Below, piece by piece: positions 37,973-43,878 of a stretch of DNA of 47,560 nt. The stretch is from a virus (taxonomy: Duplodnaviria > Caudoviricetes). Position 1 is the first letter of the stretch; every line of letters starts with the position of its first letter. The notes beneath the pieces were generated by a model, which was not told the DNA's origin, did no database searches, and saw only the letters and a list, made by a program, of their open reading frames with translations. A program made the position numbers and the translations under genes. The stretch covers positions 1 through 47,560 of IMG/VR virus record IMGVR_UViG_3300025018_000022. One strand, 5' to 3'.

Positions 37973-38251
37973 CTAGTAGTACAGTTCTTCGTCACGATTT
38001 GCTAAAAGCTTTGGCTCTTTCGCAGAGCAGTTTGTTAGAAGCTTTAACTCCTTTGCAGAAAAGTATTTATACCCTTTCCCTTCCCCAAAATTAACATAGA
38101 TAGGGTACCCGCCACGAGCTTGGTGTAGCACAGACACTACCACACCGATCTCTTTTCTCCTGGGCAAGTGAGCATAATCACAGACTTGGACTGTATCACC
38201 AACCATAAGTTCTTCGCCCATACGGGTGGTAACACTGCTGTTATTAACCAT
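37973..38251 (-). CDS. SH3/KOW-like small protein, LYY-tail family member 8
   Basis: Clear paralogue of 27618-27860. Ends RDEELYY. Confidence 0.78.
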   Translation of the reverse strand: MVNNSSVTTRMGEELMVGDTVQVCDYAHLPRRKEIGVVVSVLHQARGGYPIYVNFGEGKGYKYFSAKELKLLTNCSAKEPKLLANRDEELYY

Positions 38252-38266
38252 CTGTGCTTCCCTTCT

Positions 38267-38488
38267 CTAGTAGTACAGCCCCTCTTCTAAGGCAGCTTTC
38301 CTGACAAACCTTGAGTATTTAACAGGTGTATTACACACCCAAACAATACCATTGTGGACCTTCTCAACTTTATATGTTTCACCCTGCTCGAAATACCAGC
38401 CCTCCACACAAACAACTTCTTCCCCCTCTACTAGAGGTGGATCAAGAAAATCAGCTCTGAATAGTTCATCCTCCTTATTATAGGACAT
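38267..38488 (-). CDS. SH3-like small protein, LYY-tail family member 9
   Basis: GEEVVCV...GETYKVEKV...SRF. Ends LEEGLYY. Likely start MSYNKE at 38488. Confidence 0.72.
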   Translation of the reverse strand: MSYNKEDELFRADFLDPPLVEGEEVVCVEGWYFEQGETYKVEKVHNGIVWVCNTPVKYSRFVRKAALEEGLYY

Positions 38489-38558
38489 ACCACAGCCCTC
38501 CCCAGAACAGGGCACAAAGAGTGACAACAACCACCCACACCTTGCCTCGATAACTCAC
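38478..38558 (-). CDS. Tiny membrane peptide (26 aa)
   Basis: GTG start overlapping the upstream stop, GGGAGG SD. Sequence MSYRGKVWVVVVTLCALFWGGLWYVL. Confidence 0.45.
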   Translation of the reverse strand: MSYRGKVWVVVVTLCALFWGGLWYVL

Positions 38559-38719
38559 GACAGCCTCCCTTCTCCTGAAGTTATAAGAGTGAACACACTC
38601 TCGATGACCAGGTACAGGGTAGAGTAGACCTCCACCATCATACCACCAAACACCACCCACCAGAAGGCAGATAGCAGGATCGTTCCGACAATAACCCGCT
38701 TGTCAAGCAGCCTAGCCAT
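38555..38719 (-). CDS. Small membrane protein
   Basis: Hydrophobic VIVGTILLSAFWWVVFGGMMV. GGAG SD before MARLL. Confidence 0.55.
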   Translation of the reverse strand: MARLLDKRVIVGTILLSAFWWVVFGGMMVEVYSTLYLVIESVFTLITSGEGRLS

Positions 38720-38936
38720 AGCTTCTCCCCTTCCCATGCTTTTCTTCTATTGTCTCAGCCAAGACAACAGCTTCTTCAATCGACCAGCACACCCTCAAGG
38801 TGGAGCCTGGATAGACACCATAGATTTCGCAAGCATAGTGAGGGGCTTCGAGCCTCACTCTATCCTCCCTGTCTGTTGGGGTAATCCTCCACCCCTTACT
38901 CTTGATAGCATCAAGCCTCTTGGCCAGGCTATCCAT
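38712..38936 (-). CDS. Hypothetical early protein
   Basis: GAGGAG SD before MDSLAKRL. Confidence 0.6.
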   Translation of the reverse strand: MDSLAKRLDAIKSKGWRITPTDREDRVRLEAPHYACEIYGVYPGSTLRVCWSIEEAVVLAETIEEKHGKGRSYG

Positions 38937-38938
38937 GC

Positions 38939-39106
38939 TTACTTCTCCTCTATAGTCTTGATGCACCCGATAACCTCGCCTTCTTTGTTCACGATAGACC
39001 CATCCTCTTTGATGTGGTCAGACCCAAGGCTATCGTAGATGAAAGGGAGAAGGACTTCAGCCTTCCACTTCTTTCCTTTATCGTTGTATTCCACAAACCT
39101 TATCAC
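38939..39106 (-). CDS. Hypothetical early protein (~55 aa)
   Basis: Hand-translated ...EYNDKGKKWKAEVLLPFIYDSLG...IEEK. GTG start uncertain. Confidence 0.45.
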   Translation of the reverse strand: MIRFVEYNDKGKKWKAEVLLPFIYDSLGSDHIKEDGSIVNKEGEVIGCIKTIEEK

Positions 39107-39134
39107 AGTTTATACCCCTGTTTACTTTTGGTTA

Positions 39135-39162
39135 GTGAGTTGTTGTTGCTACCCCTTGCAAG
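39135..39162. repeat. Inverted repeat arm (partner at 39848-39874)
   Basis: GTGAGTTGTTGTTGCTACC (19 nt perfect) plus TGCAAG extension. Confidence 0.85.
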
Positions 39163-39177
39163 CTATTCAGTGTCAGG

Positions 39178-39804
39178 TCAGGCGACCTTCGAAGTAGTGT
39201 TAGTAACACTACCCACAGGCAGGTGGACCTTGTGCGCGCCCTGGAAGAGCGGCTTGTCGGCCTTCGGTTGCGGCTTGTCGAGGTCCTTGCTGATCTCCCA
39301 CTTGTCGAGGATGCCCTTGATCAGAGCCTTATCCTTGGCGTCCATCATGATGGGGCGTTCCTTGAAGTTCTCGGGATACTCCGAGTACTCAGCAGCGATC
39401 TTGTCCGACTTCGACAACAGGCTCTTGAGCCTGCCGTACTCGTTGAACGTCTTCGCATCCTGACCAGTCTGCCCCATCGCATCCTCATCAGCGTAGTAAG
39501 GCGAGGACAAAGCCTTGTCGAGGTCGATAGTCTCACGCTTGGCACCATCCTTCATCTTGAAGGTAGCGCCGTCAGCCTGAAGCTTCATGCGACCCCACTT
39601 CTCGAACCACTGGATGAGGCCGCGACGATGCGAGCCTTTGCCCTTCAGTTCGGTAGTCATCATCGAGCAAAGCGACGTGTCACCATGCTTGATGTAGTGT
39701 TCGAGGCACCATCCTGCGCAGCGAGCCGTCCTCACTGACAACTTCTCCTGCGCTGCGGCGATAGCCTTGATTTCCTTGCGGATAGTCTCTGCGTTACGTG
39801 CCAT
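39178..39804 (-). CDS. Conserved early podovirus protein of unknown function, probably highly expressed
   Basis: I..I......L......A..CL.H...HGD..L, R..L..WF..G pattern common in podovirus early regions. Strong C/G-ending codon bias. AAAGGA SD. Confidence 0.85.
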   Translation of the reverse strand: MARNAETIRKEIKAIAAAQEKLSVRTARCAGWCLEHYIKHGDTSLCSMMTTELKGKGSHRRGLIQWFEKWGRMKLQADGATFKMKDGAKRETIDLDKALSSPYYADEDAMGQTGQDAKTFNEYGRLKSLLSKSDKIAAEYSEYPENFKERPIMMDAKDKALIKGILDKWEISKDLDKPQPKADKPLFQGAHKVHLPVGSVTNTTSKVA

Positions 39805-39809
39805 CTCTT

Positions 39810-40228
39810 TACTTTCCTTTCTGGCCCTTCGGCCTAGGTTCAGATGACTTGCAGAGGTAGCAACAACAACTCACAGTGCTTAGCCCACCCGGTGCTCTGA
39901 CACCAGGCAGGCTATCACACATCAGACCCTTTCGGGTCTTTAATTTCCCCAGCTCCTTCCCTCTAGGAGATGTCTCACTCCTATGCGGTGGCAGGCTGCT
40001 ACCCTGCTAGGCTGGCGTCTCTTACTCTCAACCCAGGTTAAACCTGTTAAGCTGCGCTTCCTTGGTTAGCAACCACTACTGGTTGCAGGTTAAAGACCGC
40101 TCGCAGAGTTAGCAGAACTCCGGCGCATACTCATTCCCATTTCCAGCCTTGCGGCTGAAGCTGTTGGGCTGCGGAAAGGATAGCATCTCGCATATCCTTC
40201 CGGTCAGAGTGCAATGACCTAACGAATA
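39810..40228 (-). ncRNA. Putative structured non-coding leader RNA (~420 nt)
   Basis: No long ORF, directly downstream of a promoter. Many hairpins with GNRA loops and G-U pairs that work only on the minus strand. Confidence 0.5.
39848..39874. repeat. Inverted repeat arm (partner at 39135-39162)
   Basis: Reverse complement reads GTGAGTTGTTGTTGCTACCTCTGCAAG. Confidence 0.85.
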
Positions 40229-40233
40229 CAGGA

Positions 40234-40262
40234 AGCATAAAGCAACGCGCTCCCTCTGTCAA
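40234..40262 (-). promoter_or_regulatory. sigma70-type early promoter
   Basis: TTGACA (40262-40257), 17-nt spacer, TATGCT (40239-40234). Flanked by 16-bp direct repeats. Confidence 0.75.
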
Positions 40263-40291
40263 CACAAAATTACCTAACGAATCCAGGTAGT

Positions 40292-40314
40292 AAGAGGAAA
40301 GGCACTTGCGTGCC
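40292..40314 (-). terminator. Probable intrinsic terminator
   Basis: GGCAC-GCAA-GTGCC followed by TTTCCTCTT, right at the stop of the upstream gene. Confidence 0.55.
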
Positions 40315-40796
40315 TAACCTTCTATCCTCTGTACCACGATGTTAGACCGATCAACATTAGAGCGATCTTTGATCGGGTTGCGGCAAGCTAGGGCATCATC
40401 AGCGCTCTGGTAGTCTGCAACAAAGCGCTGTGTCCCATCTGGATGGACCAAGTATCTCCGCCAGACCCCGTTGATCGGTTTAACCCGAACACCATGGCCT
40501 GTTTTCGGCGGTGTCTTAAGCCTCGGTGTTGCTTGAACCTTAACAGCATTCTTGCGGATGCTGTCGGGCTCAGTAAGACCGTTTGGTCTCAAGCCCTCAC
40601 CTTGGACACTCTCTAACCTACAGCCTATGTTCCTGCGAACAATCGGACTATCGGTCGTCGGCTTGCGTGTGCCCCATTCGCTGAAGGCATCGCGGCGGAT
40701 ATACTCGCGCCATGCTTTGCGGGTGGTGAACAGTTTGCCGCTGTAGGTGTCCACCCAGTATTTGCCGCCCTTTACGTGAGCGAGACGATCAGTCAT
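40314..40796 (-). CDS. Basic hypothetical early protein (160 aa)
   Basis: GAAAGGT SD before MTDRLAHV. The ORF-track 5' extension is probably spurious. Confidence 0.65.
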   Translation of the reverse strand: MTDRLAHVKGGKYWVDTYSGKLFTTRKAWREYIRRDAFSEWGTRKPTTDSPIVRRNIGCRLESVQGEGLRPNGLTEPDSIRKNAVKVQATPRLKTPPKTGHGVRVKPINGVWRRYLVHPDGTQRFVADYQSADDALACRNPIKDRSNVDRSNIVVQRIEG

Positions 40797-40868
40797 AGTG
40801 TTACCTTTCTTTCCGTCGGTTGACCCACTATTGCAGCGCCGCAACGCTGCAAGAATTGATCAATCGTT

Positions 40869-41021
40869 TCAGTACTTGGGTCGGCTGAACAACATGACCA
40901 CGGCCTTGAGCGTGATGCAGGCGATCGCAGGGATCAGCGCCACGGTCAGCGCCACGGAGAGCAGGTTGACGACCAGCTCCAAGTCCGGGAGGAATTCAAC
41001 AGTCTGCGCGGGATCGAGCAT
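40869..41021 (-). CDS. First early gene: single-pass membrane protein (50 aa)
   Basis: Hand-translated MLDPAQTVEFLPDLELVVNLLSVALTVALIPAIACITLKAVVMLFSRPKY. GAAAGGA SD, GC-rich codons. Confidence 0.65.
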   Translation of the reverse strand: MLDPAQTVEFLPDLELVVNLLSVALTVALIPAIACITLKAVVMLFSRPKY

Positions 41022-41065
41022 GGGTTGTTCCTTTCATCTGCCCGGTCTCTGCCGGGAACAAACTG

Positions 41066-41109
41066 AATATGCGCCTTGCTCACCAGATAATCAAGTAACA
41101 AGATGTTAC
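41066..41109 (-). promoter_or_regulatory. Putative early promoter with adjacent palindrome
   Basis: (C)TTGATT, 17-nt spacer, CATATT, resembling alphaproteobacterial CTTGAC-N17-CTATAT promoters. GTAACA-N3-TGTTAC palindrome at 41095-41109 abuts the -35. Confidence 0.5.
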
Positions 41110-41430
41110 AGAATGTTTCAAAGAGTAACGTAAATGTTTGTTGTATGTGTGCAACAGGTGAGACTAAAGTGGTGTCAAGAGAAGAGATAGGGTTGACAAG
41201 AAAAAAGCCAGGTAGTGTGGTGTTTTAGCCACAGTAGGGGAGTTTGGGGACAAATCACGTTTTTTGATGGGTTCAGGGCCAAGCATCACAATCCGTGATA
41301 CCGGGGCAGGGGGGGTCGGGGTGCCTTATATTTAGTACTATCAGGTGATAAAATTTTCTAGCAAAATTCCGCCCTGTGGAAAAAGTGTAAAAAAAGTTTA
41401 CCTCATAAGCCTTCTTACTGCATTTTTTTC

Positions 41431-41602
41431 TTGACAAGCATCAAGAAATCGGATATAATATATGTATAACACGGATGATAATACACTAGACTAACTCTTA
41501 CTCTTCTCTTAGGCTAGCGCGAAGCTTGTACGTAGTAGCGTGTAGGAGCGTAGCTCAGGTAGACGTTAGTCCTAGGTTACTCCGTATCAGCCCCTAGGGC
41601 TG
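41431..41602 (+). promoter_or_regulatory. Consensus sigma70 promoter plus conserved leader (copy 2), heading the late arm
   Basis: TTGACA (41431-41436), 17-nt spacer, TATAAT (41454-41459). Blocks 41454-41489 and 41513-41560 are identical to the 24.9-kb copy. Hairpin at 41588-41602. Confidence 0.9.
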
Positions 41603-41669
41603 TAGTAGGCCGGTAACACATAGATAGGCCGAAGGCCAGATTAATCCTTTAAGGAGCCCGCCCCTCAAT

Positions 41670-42227
41670 ATGCAGACAGACACCAGCAGCAATACCGGAA
41701 GCTCCTTCGAGGTTTCCAAGAGCAGGCTTCTTAATGCTTCGAATACCAGGCTTGGTAGAGCCTTGTTCATCGAGTTTGACAACATCTATGATACCAGGTT
41801 GGCTGTGTATTCCCTCTCCAGAGAAGATAAGGTGGTAGACGGAGTAACCTATCCCTCTTTGTACAAGCTGTATCTGGCTACAGAAGATATCACCGAGGCT
41901 GAGTTTGTAAACCTGTACATGTACGACCTGAAGCAGTGGGAGCAGCTCTGTGAAGCCCCCTTCTTCCGCGAGGAGATTGCTCAGTGGCGAAAGGAACTCA
42001 GGCTGTATAAGCTTAGCCAGATGGTCGCCACTCTGGAGGAAGACGTAGCCAGGGATACCAAGACTGCTACTTCCTCTGCCAAGTTCCTTATCGAGAAGGT
42101 TTATAATACTTCGGGTAAGGCGGCGGGCCGTCCGGCTAACAAAGGGCGTGCAGAAAAAGAAGACTCTTCCCTCTTCTCCTCCACTACTGAAGAGCTACGA
42201 AGGGTGTTGAACGATGGGGCTGCCTGA
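41670..42227 (+). CDS. Terminase small subunit (putative)
   Basis: SLYKLYL...E.EF......W..LC...FF...I..WR.EL pattern. First late gene, with TAAGGAG SD. Confidence 0.7.
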   Translation: MQTDTSSNTGSSFEVSKSRLLNASNTRLGRALFIEFDNIYDTRLAVYSLSREDKVVDGVTYPSLYKLYLATEDITEAEFVNLYMYDLKQWEQLCEAPFFREEIAQWRKELRLYKLSQMVATLEEDVARDTKTATSSAKFLIEKVYNTSGKAAGRPANKGRAEKEDSSLFSSTTEELRRVLNDGAA

Positions 42228-42405
42228 CAAACAAAACGTTGTACAAGAGGCTTTGGATACAGCCAGCCTGGGGGCAGTCATAGCAACTCTAGCCGAGGTT
42301 ATCCCTCTCGTCTTTGGCTTCCTGGCTGCTGGATGGTATATCCTGAGATTCATGAACTGGTACCGGGTTAACTATCAAGGAAAAGAACCTTGGGAACTAA
42401 GATAA
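42214..42405 (+). CDS. Small membrane protein (holin-like)
   Basis: 63 aa with a hydrophobic core (LGAVIATLAEVIPLVFGFLAAGWYIL) and a charged tail. Confidence 0.55.
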   Translation: MGLPDKQNVVQEALDTASLGAVIATLAEVIPLVFGFLAAGWYILRFMNWYRVNYQGKEPWELR

Positions 42406-43655
42406 GCTTTAACAACATCACAGCCTCCTTCCAGAGTGCTGATGCGATGAATGCTATCTTCGATCTTATCGAAGGTGAGTTCGACAAGTGTCTCTATAGG
42501 GATGGTACCTCCCCTAACCAGATGACTGCTGATCTGGATATGAACAGCAACGACATCCTGAATGTGGGCACCATCTCTGTTGACGACATCCTTGTTGACG
42601 GACAGGCTCTTGGAGTTTCTGTTCTGGCGGCGGCTACCTCAGCTTCTGATTCTGCCGACTCTGCTGCAGCTTCTGCTGCTAGTGCTGCTGAGGCCGCAGC
42701 CTCTGCTCTTGCTGCCGCTACCAACGCTTCCTTCCTCGGTCTGGATGACACCCCGGCTACCTACGTTGGACAGTCTGGCAAGTTCCTGACGGTTAACGTA
42801 GGTGAGACTGCGCTTGAGTTCTCCACCTCTACAGGCTCTGAGCCTTCTGACGGGGACAAGGGGGACATCACGGTTTCCTCCTCCGGGGCTGTGTGGACTA
42901 TCGACGACGGTATCGCCGTAACATCTTGGAATCTTACTACCCCGACGATCACCACCAACTTCACCTTTGACAGTGTTATCGTGACCGGCCTGACTGGTGT
43001 GGATGTGTCCCTGGTCTCAGGTACAGCAGGTACTGCCAGCAACCTGGCTATGTGGAATGCCGACGGTGATGTGGTTGACTCTACCTTCTCTGTGATCGAC
43101 GAGGACAGCTTTGCCTCTGACAGCGCAGTCAAGGTTCCTACCCAGCAGAGCGTCAAGGCTTACGTGGACGCGCAGGTTGCTACCACTTCTGATGTCTTTG
43201 GCTCTGCCCTGCTCCACCTCCAGGACCAGCAGGCCTCTGGTGCTAGCGGTGGCACGTTTACATCAGGAGCTTGGCGGACAAGAACTCTGAATTCAGTTCT
43301 TACAAACGAGATTACAGGAGCTTCACTAGCTACCAATCAAATTACACTTCCTGCTGGAACCTATTGGATCGAGGCTGAAGCACCTGGCCATAGAGTAGAC
43401 CCTCATAAAGCAAAGTTGTACAATGTAACAGACGCCAGCGATACTCTCATTGGTTCAAGTGCGGATTCTGGGGGTGATGCGTCTTTTGTTCAGACGTATA
43501 GTACTATAAAAGGACGATTTACTATAGCCGCTCCAAAAGTTTTTGAAATTCGTCATAGGTGTACGTCTACCAGGTCAACAAATGGATTAGGGTCGGCTTC
43601 GTCTTTTGGAGTAAACGAGATTTACTCTGACCTGAGGATTTGGAAGATTGCTTGA
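42390..43655 (+). CDS. Tail fibre-like protein
   Basis: TTG start. N-terminal L.RDGTSPNQM.ADLDMNSN.ILN anchor, Ala/Ser stalk, DGDKGDITVS and PTQQSVKAYVD shaft motifs, C-terminal ITLPAGTY domain. Confidence 0.75.
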   Translation: MGTKISFNNITASFQSADAMNAIFDLIEGEFDKCLYRDGTSPNQMTADLDMNSNDILNVGTISVDDILVDGQALGVSVLAAATSASDSADSAAASAASAAEAAASALAAATNASFLGLDDTPATYVGQSGKFLTVNVGETALEFSTSTGSEPSDGDKGDITVSSSGAVWTIDDGIAVTSWNLTTPTITTNFTFDSVIVTGLTGVDVSLVSGTAGTASNLAMWNADGDVVDSTFSVIDEDSFASDSAVKVPTQQSVKAYVDAQVATTSDVFGSALLHLQDQQASGASGGTFTSGAWRTRTLNSVLTNEITGASLATNQITLPAGTYWIEAEAPGHRVDPHKAKLYNVTDASDTLIGSSADSGGDASFVQTYSTIKGRFTIAAPKVFEIRHRCTSTRSTNGLGSASSFGVNEIYSDLRIWKIA

Positions 43656-43878
43656 TATCTTTCTTCATGTTGCTGCTGCTGCCTTTCTGACTGGGGGCTT
43701 TGTCTTCGCCTCTACACCCTGGAAGTTTATGGCTGTATCTAACGCCTTATTCTGGATTGGTAGAGAAGCTGCACAGCATAACTGGAAACTGAGGTGGGAT
43801 TTTGAATGGATCGCGCCAGCTCTAACCGGAGTAGTAATCGCCTATGCAGTCCACAGATATCTCGTCAAAGCTGGATGA
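43648..43878 (+). CDS. Small membrane protein
   Basis: Three hydrophobic stretches and a W.GRE.AQ motif. TTG start. Confidence 0.5.
   Translation: MLDIFLHVAAAAFLTGGFVFASTPWKFMAVSNALFWIGREAAQHNWKLRWDFEWIAPALTGVVIAYAVHRYLVKAG

Noticed and set aside
27602-38280. TAG read-through or recoding fusing LYY proteins to downstream genes
   Set aside because: Stop-to-start distances differ (for example 16, 13, 15 and 11 nt), so fusions are mostly out of frame. No suppressor tRNA is seen and long genes are not interrupted by TAG.
39223-39738. 171-aa plus-strand ORF and other antisense ORFs in the track
   Set aside because: They lie opposite well-supported genes and lack recognisable protein features.
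39915-39945. Possible hammerhead ribozyme (CUGAUG near a GAAA hairpin)
   Set aside because: The core reads CUGAUGU rather than CUGAUGA, and the GAAA is a hairpin loop in the wrong position.
41173-41215. Extra TTGACA hexamers at 41193 (+) and 41178 (-)
   Set aside because: No acceptable -10 element at 16-18 nt spacing.
42625-42725. GCT/TCT-rich quasi-repeat
   Set aside because: It simply encodes the Ala/Ser stalk of the fibre protein.
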